Origin: Octopus bimaculoides | Lineage: Eukaryota | Assembly: GCF_001194135.2 (NCBI RefSeq) | Contig: NC_068998.1 | Location: 51,979,168 to 52,043,167, forward strand | DNA length: 64,000 bases | Reading direction: 5' to 3' | In this document: piece by piece, positions 1 to 13,737 of the stretch | Layout: each line of letters starts with the position of its first letter | Numbering within the stretch: position 1 is the stretch's first letter | Notes under the pieces: generated by a model | The model's input: the letters and a program-made list of their open reading frames with translations, nothing else | What the model was told of the DNA's origin: nothing | Databases searched by the model: none | Program-made: the position numbers and the translations under genes

Positions 1-3000
1 ATATATATATATATATATACGTAGGGGTGACTTTGATCTAATCTTTAATTTCACTATCTTTATTTAACCATGTATCACAGCATATGTTTTCCCCTTCTTC
101 AGGTTGATCTTTGCACATTTATCTACTCCCATTTTCATCAAGCATCTCCACTAAGTGAATAGACAAAGTTGTTATTACTTTCAGCAAGAAGTTGTAAAGA
201 TATCCACGTATAAATGTGGTTCATAGCTGTCTCATAAACAGCTGTGTCCAAAACCACTTTAGTGCAGTAGTTTAACCAGTAATAGACGTTTAATACTGTT
301 TTGTCCATCCATACTTCTCTTTTCAATATTATTCATTTTTCATGTTATATTTAATATATCTACTCATCTTTGATGCTATCTTTCAGCAATTCTGATCTCC
401 ATGAATATAGAACACCTGAATACATCTCAGTTGTCAGTACATGCCCTGCCAGGCTTTTCTCTCTGCTAGCTTCAGCATAGAAGATCTCTGTGGAGTTACT
501 TATATCGCTAAGAATTGCTACCAAATCTCTCTCAAACCACATCCTAAGAAAAAAAGAAATCGTTGGATAATATAGTCCAAGCTACATAATATTTGAATAA
601 AAGTCTAGATGGTCACAACTGGAATGCTTTTGACAATAGGTCTGTTTGATCAGTACTAACTGAAGCTAAGTAACAGCAACAACTTTCAACTGTGATCTGT
701 AAATTAACAATAGATCTTTACAGCAATCTCTCCTTGGCATCCATTTAATTCTGTTAACCTCGTCGGATGTGTGTAATTTACCTGCCCAATTGAGTATCAG
801 GCAGCAGAAGGTGGTATTGGTCAGCAGCTTCACAAAGCTTGGTCAAGTAGAGGAGAGCTGCAGCATGCATGGAAACTGCAAATGCAAGCTCTGGGACTGC
901 GACACTGGTGAAAATGGGGGTCGGAGGGGTGGTTGGTAAATATTGAATTGTGACTTTCGAGGGATAAACTTTTCTGTGGATAAACTCTACTACAAGTGTT
1001 ATAAAGGCTTTGGTTTTGGATTTTCGACTTGTGTGTTGGAAGGTTATTTTGGTCCACTTTCATATTTACACCAGGCCCCTTGTCCTCTTTTTCCAGATAC
1101 TGACAACCACGTTGAGGTTTTAATTTACATCTTTCTTTTACTTAATTCCTATATCTTTTAGTTTTTGTCTCATGTCTCATTATATTCTTACTTCTTTGGC
1201 TAGTGTTCTCTCCTTACCTTCAGTTACCTCCATATTAACAATCATTTTATTGTACCTACTAGCCTCCTTTCTTCTTGATATGTATAGAAAACATTGCTGT
1301 TTATATTGTTTGCTCATATTAGTTTTTTTTTACTTCTACTATAATAAAATCTCTATCTCAATCGTAAGAACATACTGCCCACGTAAGATTTAGAATGGTG
1401 ATATATTTAAAATCCTATCATAAATTTCCTTCTTTCCTTGTCTATGTTTCTCCATGCACTCACTTTCCAATTTATTTTCACTGAAACTGTAGCCAATTAA
1501 TGGTTTAGCTAGTGTGTTTACACTAATTATTATTGTTATTATTATTTTGTTTTATGTTTAGTCATGTTCGTAATACTAATGTGATTCCACTACAGTATTC
1601 TCCATTTAATTTCTTCCTTCACTTCTGTTTGCTGAATATTGCCTGCTTGCTTTATTCCTAAGTATTTATTAATATATGTTCTTGCTTTAGTACTTTGATT
1701 TCTAGATATCTATATATCTCTTGTTGCCTTTTTTGTTATTTTAATTTTTTTTTTTTATGGCTTTCACACATGTCTCGAGTCCCATATCCATGTAAATGTC
1801 TCTACTGAATCCTTACACTATTTATAGTGAATCTTCTAATTAGTTACCATCTCCTGCATACACTTTTCAAGCTGTCTGTTTACAAGAGATGTAAATGTAG
1901 GCTGGCTGCTTCAATAAAGCCATTAGATGAAAAAGCAACAGAGACAACAAATCCCTCTAGAAAATTCTTATTCTTATTGGAAATTGTGCTAGTTTTATAT
2001 CTTCGGCTCTAAAGTGTTTACTTTTCTACACCGTCGATAACATAGTACCTTTATTAGTTTTACTCTATCTATTTGGACTCCTTTTAGTTTACAAATGCAT
2101 TTTTGTAGTCAATCATGAGCTGTTTTACTGTTTGTCACTCTACTTCAACTGTATGTTACCATTCTGCTTTTTATTGAGGATACGTGGCCTATGGCTAAGT
2201 TGTTGGGATCCTGAACACAAAAGGTCATCAGTTCATTTCCTGGATAGAGCAACAGATTTTATGTCTTGAGCAAGTCACTTAGTTCCTGTCAGCTCCAGTC
2301 TACTCAGCTGAAAATGAGTACCAGCTGACTACTGGTGTAACTCTTCTCTCCCCCCATCTCTCACATTCTCAGTGTTCCACTGACTGAAGACTCAAAAAGG
2401 CTGAGAGTGTCAATATCTGCTCATGGCAATACAGGCGCCTAAAACAACTACAAAAAAAAAAGCATGGCACAAGCTACAGGTCATACTCTCTTGCAAGGGA
2501 CAACAACTTAGCAAGATTTTTACTTATAAGGGACTTACTCCCTCTATCCATACATCTCTCAGCAAGATAAGCTCCTGCCTCTTTGGTAAGATTTTGCATT
2601 TTAACTGGTGTACGAAAATGTCAGAATATGGAAGTTGATTATTCATATGATGTTGATAGACAAATGAATGATCTACAGTTAATGTTTTGTTGCTAATGTT
2701 TACCCTTTTGTTTTCCCTGACCAGATAGACTTATAATTAAAGAGAGTCAGGCCTTGACCATCCTCCCTGTTTTTCCTTGAATATCTTATCTGGAGAACCG
2801 TATCACCAAATGTATTCTTTTTTTTTTTATATATGTTACAATGATAGAATGTTATTTCAAGGGTGATTTCACTTGTTATTATTAGCTGATAAAGTGACTG
2901 GTTACATAAAGCTCCTGTATTAAGAGTTGGTGATTAAGAGATAAAAGCTCTTAAGCATTTTACCCACCCACATCTGTCCCAAATATTCTATCCATTTCAT

Positions 3001-4810
3001 ATTGAAACTGGTCAGATCCAGCCTCCCACACATACCCTACAAAGTCATTCTAAAAACAAACAATCACATCATTGAAATCTTAGAGCTATGAGCTATGAAT
3101 GCATGATTAATTCAAAGCAATGTGAATACATAAATATTATATTTGACAGAGTAATTTCACTGTTAAAGGGTTGAAATAGTCAGCCAAATGTTAGATTTCT
3201 TTGTTACAGCATTCTGATGAGATCCCTTATGTATATCTGTAAAGTATTTTGGCTGAAAGTTTAATGCAAGCAATTCCTAGTTTATATATCTATTTCATTT
3301 ATGCTAAGATTATTTCTTCAGTTAATATATTTTGTTGCTGACTACTTTTAATTTCTCCAGCTATTCAGTCTCCTTTTTAATTCACAATACCTTTTTGTTA
3401 TGGTTTCCATACGTCTTCCAAATATTTATTTCAATTTTTGTCAGTCATTATATCATCCTTATTTAATATTCTGTTGAATATTCTGGAGCTTCTTTTAAAT
3501 AAACCATTGTTTCAAAGAAGCATTCCTGTTTTTGAAATTGCTTAATTCATTGTCTTTATTGAGATTTCTTGTATTAACCCATCTCTTATTTCTGTCACTT
3601 CCTCTTTCCCATTGATGTTATATTCACTAAATCTTTCTATTCATTTCTTTATTTTAATAATTGAGTTTCCTTTATCTAGTTCAACCAGTATTGATAGTTT
3701 CTTTCTCTTTCTATCTTCCTTCACATCACTTTTTTGTTTACTGCGTTATCTGCAAATGTTCATTTAACCGTCGTTGAACAATGTTTTTTTGCCTTTTCTT
3801 TTAGTTTTGTTTTGCTTTAATAATGACAATCATCAACTGAATGACTGAACTATTTAACTGTTTTGAACGATGTTATTTTCCTTTTATGAAATCTATCCAA
3901 CATCATTGTTATAGTTCTCAATGGTTTCTAGTGTTTTGTTGTTTCGTTTAACCTTTTTGACACCAGCTCGTACCTGAGACCATCTCTCGTTCAATGATAT
4001 GAAACTTCTTTTAAAGTATTCATATTTAAATTCTAAATCTTCCATCATAACTATATATAAGTTTTTTTTTGTTATATTCCAAATGGCATAAGGACTTCAC
4101 TTAGAGGATTGGCCCTTGATAATTATCCTCCAGATATTTGTACCCATAAGACAACTACCCACAGAAAATTGACCCCACTTTCTACATCAGACAACGGTCC
4201 CAGAAAATTGCCCCTTTACACAATTAGCTTTACACAATTAGCCTAACACAATTAGCCTAACACAATTACTCCTAAAGGACAAATAACCTTGAATAATTCC
4301 CTTCATAGGACAACTGTCCTGCCCTTGAATAGCTGCTCCTTGCACAATTTCCCTAATAAAGAGAAAGTAGAACTATGAGCATGCAAATACTTACGACTAA
4401 TTACCAGTTATAATAATTATTAATTATACTATTATTAATTGTTGTAATTATCAATTATTGTATTTTTGTATAGCTCATAATTTGCGGTTTTAGTAACATA
4501 ATTATAGCAATGGTGTGGTGGCAATTGATCTTTTTATGAAACAAAGAAAATTATGTTTCCATTGCTTTTTCAAATTGCTGATGTTATCTGTCGGTCACAA
4601 CTCTTGGACAAATAGTGTCCCATGTGGGAAGATTGTCTTGAAGAATTTTAGTTGAACAAATAACACTCGTTAATTGGTGGTGAGGGAACAAACACAGAAA
4701 TCAATCTCTCTGATACACATATGTGTATACATATATATATGTGTGTGTATGTGTATATGTGTGTGTCTATATATGTGTGCATATATGTGTGTGTGTGTGT
4801 ATATATGTGC

Positions 4811-4855
<45 letters not shown>

Positions 4856-5260
4856 TAATTTTCTTATGAAACACATAGTGTAGAAGTACTCAAGTCAAAC
4901 CTGCTCCATTAGATAAGTATAGTGGATAGAATGGAAAAAGTTCAAATCAGGCTGTCTACGATTAACACATGCATATACGGGTTTAATTAGAATAAAATAA
5001 AGATTGTCTGAACTGAAACATATATTGATACATTAAAGATATAAAAAATATACATGGCCATATAGATATATAGATATATAAACACACTAATAATACAATA
5101 TAGACAAAAATAATAGTGGAATATAGATAAAACAATGTTTTAAAAAAGAATTTAAATATGGTATAGTAATAGGCATTAAAAAGAGTTTTGGGTTACATGT
5201 TAGAAGAAAGGCTTTTAAGACAGAAATAATTCATTTTAAATAGTGTTAAAATTTGGTAGC

Positions 5261-5677
5261 TTAACTCTTTTGTTACCATATCTCTGTTGAAATGCTCTCC
5301 CTTACTTTCAATTTATTTTCAAAATAATGAAAAATTTAGTGCAATAATTTTGTTGTTTCATAAGAACTTAGAACATAAATCAATATGAAATTTTGATGGA
5401 TGGTCTTAGTTTAGACCACTTTAAAACTAGAAGTTTGAGTCATAAAGCCAGAAGCGTTCTCAAGCAGCTTAATATCATATGGTTTAAACCTCTGGTTCTC
5501 CGATAGAAAATTTCAGTTTTAAAGTGATCTATTATGAAATTAAAACCGTCCATCAAAATTTTATGCTAATTTGTGTTCTAAACACCATCTTAATAATGGC
5601 AAAGTTATTTTACTAAATTCTTTAGTTTTTTTCAAAATTAATTGAAATAAAGGCAGAATATTTCAACAGAAATATGA
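5261..5677. mobile_element. Two inverted copies of piggyBac-type MITE family 2
   Basis: First copy runs TTAACTCTTTTGTTACCATAT...GGTTTAA (5261-5487), followed immediately by a reverse, end-truncated copy. Other family copies at ~17035-17125, ~19665-19852, ~33040-33263, ~34441-34648 and ~36820-37045. Confidence 0.72.
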
Positions 5678-5723
<46 letters not shown>

Positions 5724-5725
5724 TT

Positions 5726-5940
5726 TAAGGCAGCAAGCTCGTAGAATCGTTAGTACACTGGATGAAATGCTTTGTGGTATTTTGCTCGTCACTACATTCT
5801 GAGTTCAAATTCTGCTGAGGTCAACTTTGCCTCCCTTCCTTTCGGGGTCAATACATTAAGTACCAGTGAAACACTGAGGTCAATGTATTCAACTGGTCCC
5901 AAGCCCCCAAATTTCAGGCCTTATGCCTATAGTAGAAAGG
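5726..5940 (+). mobile_element. tRNA-derived SINE family B with (ATT)n tail
   Basis: TAAGGCAGCAAGCT..AGAATCGTTAG head, GAGTTCAAATTC B box, GGTCAACTTTGCCT..CCTTTCGGGGTC.ATA..TTAAGTACCAG core (reminiscent of the Deu/Nin SINE central domain, from memory), and an AGTAGAAAGG(ATT)n tail. Other copies at ~31755-32100, 34700-34800, 45965-46390, 47640-47760, 51625-51855, 52893-53103, 58938-59150 and 61135-61335. Confidence 0.8.
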
Positions 5941-6995
5941 ATTATTATTATTATCATCATCATCATCCTCACTTTGGTATCAAGACTTCAAAATAATTTT
6001 GAGCAACGTTTCCTATAACAATCTGATAATCCTCTCCAAGAAGTTGAAATGATTTGCCTTATATTTACTTAATGTTACTCAATGGTAAACTAAGAAACTC
6101 TATAAGATTATGTAGCTCTTGCAGACATCAGTTTGTTTGGAAATGAACTCATTTAAAGAAATACTGAAATTTTGTCTTTCATACAAGATTTTTCTTTATT
6201 TTCTTCATAATTTCATGTATTCATTTCTCTTCAGTATATTCATTCATAATTTCTGTAATTAAAATTAGACTTAGATTTAGTCAAAGCATTTTTTTTTATC
6301 AAATTCACTTATTATGTAGATGAGTTATAAATAGCCACCAATTTCCATCACTGTGTGGAAAAAAAAGATGTTCCCCATTTTTCAGGTATTATTTTATTCC
6401 AAGGCAAATTTCACACTGTTTTTCACAAACCATTATCAGTTTAGGACAATCAATAACTTTTACTTATTGGAAAGTTATATATTTCTCTTTATATAACGGA
6501 AATAAGAGTTTCTTTTCCTCGTTTTTCGTATTTAATTATTTATATATTTTGTGGCAATGATGACTCCTTTTGATTGGCTACAAGACCAACTTTTCTTTGG
6601 ATGCAGGCAACAATGGTTGGTGCCAAGCTGGAAGTATCAATGGGAGAGTGTCGTTAGCTGTCTAGCTTTTACTCTGTGACCATCCCTGCTAAAATTTGCC
6701 ACACCTTCTCTTGAATTTCCTGAGAAAAGCAGTTTTAGTTTACAAACATTTCATGTGATAAACAGCCTTCAGGAACAAATTAAATTCATAAACTGAGGTT
6801 CCATCATAGAGACGAAATGCTCAATCTGTCATCAAGAGATAAAATAATATATCAAATACTTTTTGGTTTCTTTTACTTGTTTCACTCATTAGACTGCGGC
6901 CATGCTGTGGCATTACCTTTTGTGGTTTTAGTCATGTAAACTGGTCCTTGTATTTTATGCATTTTATTGACCTCAGAAATGGTTGAAAGGTAAAC

Positions 6996-7394
6996 AGGTG
7001 CAGGTGTGGCTGTATTGAAAGAGGTTTGCTTCCCAACCACAAGGTCCTGAGTTCAGTTTCACTGTATTGTAACTTGAGCAGGTGTCTTCTACTATAGCCC
7101 TGTGCCAACCAAAGCCTTGTGAGTGGTTTGGGGTGATGGAAACTGAAAGAAGCCCATTGTGTATATGTATACATATATGTGTGTGTATGTGTTTGTTTGT
7201 GTTCATCCCCCACCCTCTCTTGACAACAGGTGATGGCTTTTTTCTCATCTTTGTAACTTTTTTACAGTTTTACAAAAGTGATCAATAAGTACCAAACTTA
7301 GGATATAAGTACTAACTTGTTTGGGATAAACCTTTCAAGTTGATGCCCCAGCATGGCCAAAGTCCAGTGACTGAAACAAGTAACAGATAAAAGA
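6996..7394 (+). mobile_element. SINE family A copy
   Basis: Same head, microsatellite and tail as 49603-50036. Further partial copies near 10015-10160(+), 14602-14904(-), 15125-15280(-), 24050-24220(-), 25805-25960(-), 26430-26990(+), 34845-35020(-), 47075-47185(+), 53922-54340(+), 54870-55050(-) and 61425-61640(+). Confidence 0.8.
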
Positions 7395-8403
7395 TGTGAG
7401 AGACATAGCTGAATGTAAACAATTGTTGTAATTGGCACTCCGTCGCTTGCGACGTCGACGGTTCCAGTTGATCCGATCAACAGAACAGCCTGCTCGTGAA
7501 ATTAACGTTCAAGTGGCTGAGCACTCCATAGACACATGTACCCTAACCACTGGGCCATTGTGCCTCCACCTTCCGCATTGATTTTTTCATAATGATTGCT
7601 AATAATACACATGCATGCACATACACACACACACACACACACACTTCTGACAGGCTTCTGCACAGTTTCCATCCAGTGTATTTCCCCAATTTATTCTAAA
7701 AAGGAATTTACATGCCCAAGCTGCTGTGAAGAGGAATTGAGCCTTGACTCATGCGATTTATAATGCACACTTCTTAATCACACAAAAATGTTCCATAGAC
7801 ATGCAACTATTGTATTTTACTGGTTTGAATTTTAATCAGTCTTAATTTTTAAATAGATTGAAAAATAATATCACGAAATTATTTCTGCTATTTATCAAAA
7901 TTAACATCAATAACTGACGAGTGAAACCTTCTTCATTTGAACAGATTTAAAGCTATTTAAGAAGCTATTAACAAAATTGAACATTTTAAATTAGATACTA
8001 AAATGTTTACTAAATGATATTAGTTCTTCTAAGCATTAATCAAAAACAACAAAAGATAACAAAGCAGGTTCACTGACAAGATTTGAACCACATATCTATT
8101 GATTAGCAAGTGACTGCATTATCGATTACACAGTACCCTCAATTTCAACTCTAGTTTAGAAAATAGGTTTCTTTTAACTAACTTATTGTTTTTCTTTAAA
8201 TTCTCTATTTCTTGTCTTCTATTAGAAAGTTTACTTTGGGTTTATTGAGAAAGGAAGAGAGAATATAATACAAATTTATTTTAAAAAAAACAAACTATTG
8301 ACATTGAAATATATATATATATATATATATATGTTTGTGTGTGGGCATGTATGTGTGTATATTTGCATGCATATATGTGTCTGTATGGATATATACATAC
8401 ATG

Positions 8404-8456
<53 letters not shown>

Positions 8457-11400
8457 NNNNNNNNNNNNNNNNNNNNNNNNNNNNNNNNNNNNNNNNNNNN
8501 NNNNNNNNNNNNNNNNNNNNNNNNNNNNNNNNNNNNNNNNNNNNNNNNNNNNNNNNNNNNNNNNNNNNNNNNNNNNNNNNNNNNNNNNNNNNNNNNNNNN
8601 NNNNNNNNNNNNNNNNNNNNNNNNNNNNNNNNNNNNNNNNNNNNNNNNNNNNNNNNNNNNNNNNNNNNNNNNNNNNNNNNNNNNNNNNNNNNNNNNNNNN
8701 NNNNNNNNNNNNNNNNNNNNNNNNNNNNNNNNNNNNNNNNNNNNNNNNNNNNNNNNNNNNNNNNNNNNNNNNNNNNNNNNNNNNNNNNNNNNNNNNNNNN
8801 NNNNNNNNNNNNNNNNNNNNNNNNNNNNNNNNNNNNNNNNNNNNNNNNNNNNNNNNNNNNNNNNNNNNNNNNNNNNNNNNNNNNNNNNNNNNNNNNNNNN
8901 NNNNNNNNNNNNNNNNNNNNNNNNNNNNNNNNNNNNNNNNNNNNNNNNNNNNNNNNNNNNNNNNNNNNNNNNNNNNNNNNNNNNNNNNNNNNNNNNNNNN
9001 NNNNNNNNNNNNNNNNNNNNNNNNNNNNNNNNNNNNNNNNNNNNNNNNNNNNNNNNNNNNNNNNNNNNNNNNNNNNNNNNNNNNNNNNNNNNNNNNNNNN
9101 NNNNNNNNNNNNNNNNNNNNNNNNNNNNNNNNNNNNNNNNNNNNNNNNNNNNNNNNNNNNNNNNNNNNNNNNNNNNNNNNNNNNNNNNNNNNNNNNNNNN
9201 NNNNNNNNNNNNNNNNNNNNNNNNNNNNNNNNNNNNNNNNNNNNNNNNNNNNNNNNNNNNNNNNNNNNNNNNNNNNNNNNNNNNNNNNNNNNNNNNNNNN
9301 NNNNNNNNNNNNNNNNNNNNNNNNNNNNNNNNNNNNNNNNNNNNNNNNNNNNNNNNNNNNNNNNNNNNNNNNNNNNNNNNNNNNGTATAGCACCATTATG
9401 AGTTTAAATCTCTTGCTCTGTTTCCGGCAGGAAATTGTAATACTAGCAATATAAATTAAATTGTTACAATGTGTTAATAATTCCATCTATTGCCATAAAT
9501 GTACATTTTATGTAAAATTACTATTCCATTGTCATCCAATATTATATGTTTAAAATAAAAGGTTTTTATCATTATTATTATTATTATTGATATTGTTGTT
9601 GTTGAGAGATTATATGGAAAGCTTCTCATACAGTAAACGTTCTATAATGTCTCTTTTCTGAACATTTATTTCTATGAATGAATTGTTAAAACTAGAAAAT
9701 AATAATAGTATTTCAAATCTTGTTTTAATAACAATCTGATACTCAAGAAAAGGCTTGTCTTTTATAGATATTTTCCAAAATTAGTTTGATGGATTTCACA
9801 TAAATTATTATTCAATAGTATTAACATCTAGCTTGTTTTTGGGGGGTTTTTTTTTGTTAGATATTGAAAAACATAACATTTGAAGGTTTTTAAACTCTGT
9901 GGTTATTCTAACAACTGGACACAAAGAGGTACCGTGTGGATAGATTAGAGAGAATTGTTATTTTACAGGTTTCAATGATTAAACAATGACCATACAATGA
10001 CCATACAATGACCATAGGCACAGGAGTGGTTGTGTGGTTAGTAGCTTGCTTACCAACCACATTGTCCTGGGTTCAGTCCCACTGTGCAGCACCTTGGGCA
10101 AGTGTCTTCTCCTATAGCTATGGGCTAACCAAAGCCTCGTGAGTGGAGATGAGACTCTGATAGAAAACATTTGCCTATGTGCTTACCTTGGAAGTGAACC
10201 CAGAACCACTTGCTCTGAACAACCTTCTTAATTACACAGCCATACCTGACAACATGTGCCAAGATAAACACAAAGGTGTGTGTATGTGTGTGTGAGACTG
10301 ATTCATAACATATGAAATCATGTCATTCTCTTCTGTGTTTGTTTTTATTTTATTATAATTATTTCTTTTTTATTTTTATGGAACATGGGAATGACTAGAA
10401 GTTTTAATAATATTAGTTTAATGTGAAACAATTTATGGACTGACTTAATGCTAAGATTCACTTATGGGAATTTAAAAAAACAATCTAATAAACTAGCCAT
10501 AAATAAGATAATTTTCAATATTTTCAACTTGAAATTATTTTGATTCTTAACAAAAAGATTTGATGATAATATTTGTTTTGTTTTTGCTGGGTGTTTTTGT
10601 TTTCTTTGATTTGATGTCATCTTTGTAAGCAACATATATACATACATACATGTATAACACCTTAGAAGCAGTTGATAAAATCTTAATTTACACTAATGAA
10701 TGTCTTCTGATGAATTAGAAAATCATTAAAAATAAACTCTAATTTACTAAACTTCTTGGGATTTTATTTTCTAGAAAAATGGTTTTAATTCCTGAAAGCA
10801 AAATTCCTTACAGAATTTAATAGTTAGCTAGTGTTTTAAGGTGTATTTTGCTTTGTACTTTTAAACTGAATCATTAAGTCTGGTATCTTCTGGCTAGAGA
10901 ATAACTAAATCTTGCTTATACAATACAGCAGTCATTTTTCTTTTAACTAACCCAAATTATAATTCCATGTTAAGATTGCTCTGAAAAAAGAAAAACCTGA
11001 ATAAGATGCATTTCTGTTGTTCATTGTTGTTGCCTAGGTTACATATAATAATATTATTAGCAATGCTAGAAGGAAGGAGAAAAATAAATAAAATTAAAAA
11101 ATCTTAAGAAATTTGAAATTAACAAATGGATTACTATGAATCTACAAACTCATTCTTTTAACTTCCATAGCTGGAATGAAAATGGTATGAAAGAAGTTTT
11201 CCAACATCAAACAACCCAAAAAGAAGGTTACAAGAAACAATCACATTTGTATATGTGCATGTTACATAGATTACTAATTTACAGTGGTTATAAAATGCAT
11301 ATTTCATTACATTCTGAAAGCAAATATATATAATCAGTGAGTTAGGCCATGTAGGTAGCACCAACCCCCAACTCTACAACTCTACATTTCAAATTATATT

Positions 11401-11513
11401 TTGAAACTCCTTGGTTATCATTCTCAACTACACACCATCTCAATATATCAAATCATATTGAGATATAGAAAAATAAGATTTGTTTTCCATTTTGTTTACA
11501 ATGTAAGATGATA

Positions 11514-11699
11514 CATTATCTACATTTGACGGATATTTATCCTCATCTTGTTTGTTGTTAACACAACGTTTCGGCTGATATACCCTTCAGCCTATATCAG
11601 CCGAAACATTGTGTTAACAACAAACAAGATGAGGACAAATATCCGTCAAATGTAGATAATGTAAATAATGTACATAATTCCTCATCTCTTAAATATAGA
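11514..11699. mobile_element. Short palindromic derivative of the 38.3-kb foldback family
   Basis: 71-bp inverted arms (11512-11582 / 11593-11663, 2 mismatches) with a 10-nt loop and a 36-nt one-sided tail. The direct repeat AATGTAAGATGATA lies at 11500-11513 and 11700-11713. The arms match the outer arms of the 38.3-kb element. Confidence 0.88.
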
Positions 11700-13346
11700 A
11701 ATGTAAGATGATATTGGACATTACAAGAACCAATACCAAAAACTGTCCTACCGGCAAGGTGGCTTCTTGTTCTTTCATCTCTCAAAATCTTAACATTGAA
11801 GAACAGATTTCCAATCAAAGTTTTCCAACCATGACTCTTCGGTTATATTTTCAAACTGTCTTTTAAGGGGTACGTTGGCTGCTATTTCTTAATGATTGAG
11901 TGACCTTGTGGAGACACTTTGATTTAAAACTCTCTAATACTTCAGACCCACTATTGGCCTTACTTTGGCCTACTTTAGTTTCGTACTCATTGAATTCAAC
12001 ATTTATATCCAACTAAAAGAGTTTAGTACAAAGTAATTTATTTTTAATTAATTTGGATGTTTCAAAAATTACAAAGATTTATTTTGCCCATATATGACTA
12101 CATTTTCTATAACATTCACCCAAACCAAAGATAAATCTCATTTGAGATCCTTAAATAAGCCACTACACAAGACACAAACGTAAACAGGACTTTGTAAATC
12201 TTAAACAGATTACTCCATTTGGCTGAAGTTGAAAACGAAATTGAAAATTTTGTAATATCTGCAGTTATTTAAGAAAAAAAAATTGATTGAAAATATAAAT
12301 GATGCTCTGTTCAAATTTTGTATCGTAGTTAATTACATTCAAGTAGTCAACAGGCAACATCCTTTGTAATTAAATGCAAATATTTACTGTTGCCTTATAT
12401 TGATGTCATAGTGATATTAAAAGAAGGAAATTTACCGTTTTGTTATTGTTGTTGTTGTCGTTTTCTAATATGTTACAAATTGTAAACTTTAATTTTCACT
12501 TAGTAATTGGAGTTTCTTTAATTCTGAAAATTCTAATGAAACATTTGATTCCATATATTGATCTAAGAATTTCAGAATTGATACTTATTATTTTTTTAAA
12601 TTTTCTTGAAAGAAATAATTAAATGCTAGTGATTTTTATGTAGAAGATTTTTATTTTCCATTTATTTTTTTCTTCTTTTTTTTTGTTTTTTTTTTTGCAT
12701 GTTGGCATGTTTGCCAATGATGAAATACAATAAAATCTTGCTTGAGTTTCATCTGGTTCATGTCAAATTTAACTGCAATAAATATTTATCATTTCATTCA
12801 CTTTTTAAAAATAGATTCGAATTAAAGTTAAACTCATTATCCAGATTCAACTCTCAGTCTCATCTTCATTGTTTTTAAACTGATTGTTAATTCTAACAAT
12901 AGATTCGGTTGCTACAGCTTTGTAGCTTTGTTTTAACAAGAAAATTTTCTCAGAAATTAATTTCATCTGACTCTTCCAAAACAACTTATTTCAAGGATTA
13001 TTTTGGAAATACAAAATACACAGTCTAAATAATATATTGTGTAGATTGTTTTCTTTAAGATTATTACAGATTTAAATTTTGTAATTAGTGTTTTTAAATT
13101 ATTGAGATTTTACAAATGTAAATATATCGACATTTGCTGCTGCTTTGCATCCATCTATGCACTGCGTATAATAGCAGCTTAATCTCCTCCCAAACTATCC
13201 CTTCTCACCCCTGCCTTTGCACACTCAAACACATCAAGTGTAAAAACACCTCCAAACACTTCAGACCAACAAGGAAACCAACTCTGGTCATCCCACATTT
13301 ATTTTCATCAAAAGAATATGCCCAGAGCTCAACCTTGATGTCAATA

Positions 13347-13383
<37 letters not shown>

Positions 13384-13678
13384 GCTCCAGTCAACTACGT
13401 TAAGGGTACACATGACTGTGGAGTGCTCAGCCACTTGTACATTAATTTCACAGAGAGGTTGTTCCAATGATCGGATCAACTGGAACCCTTATCATTGTAA
13501 CCAATGGAAGACCAATTAGTTATATATACATATGTAATTTATTAAAACATGTGACATATTAATAAAAATCTGTCAATGTACAGCCATCCAGATCTCTGAG
13601 TACCTTATTATTTTTTCTAGTATATAATACCTGTACATCATCTCCAAACCTAATATATATATATATACATATATATAC

Positions 13679-13737
<59 letters not shown>

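Noticed and set aside
138-542. Two short minus-strand ORFs that might be a decayed TE protein
   Set aside because: No motif I can recognise; a database search is needed.
3480-3710. Minus-strand peptide ...VELDKGNSIIKI... resembling the PLE RT 'DKG' motif
   Set aside because: A three-residue match in very AT-rich sequence with stops; no downstream RT motifs seen.
8281-9486. Long ORFs (240-400 aa) spanning N runs, here and at 22.1-22.9, 44.5-45.7 and 53.5-54.0 kb
   Set aside because: Made of X from assembly gaps plus IY/CV dipeptides from (TA)n/(TG)n; no coding evidence.
11171-11230. AG/GT-bounded open segment WNENGMKEVFQHQTTQKE
   Set aside because: No DGK similarity and a weak donor; not supported as an exon.
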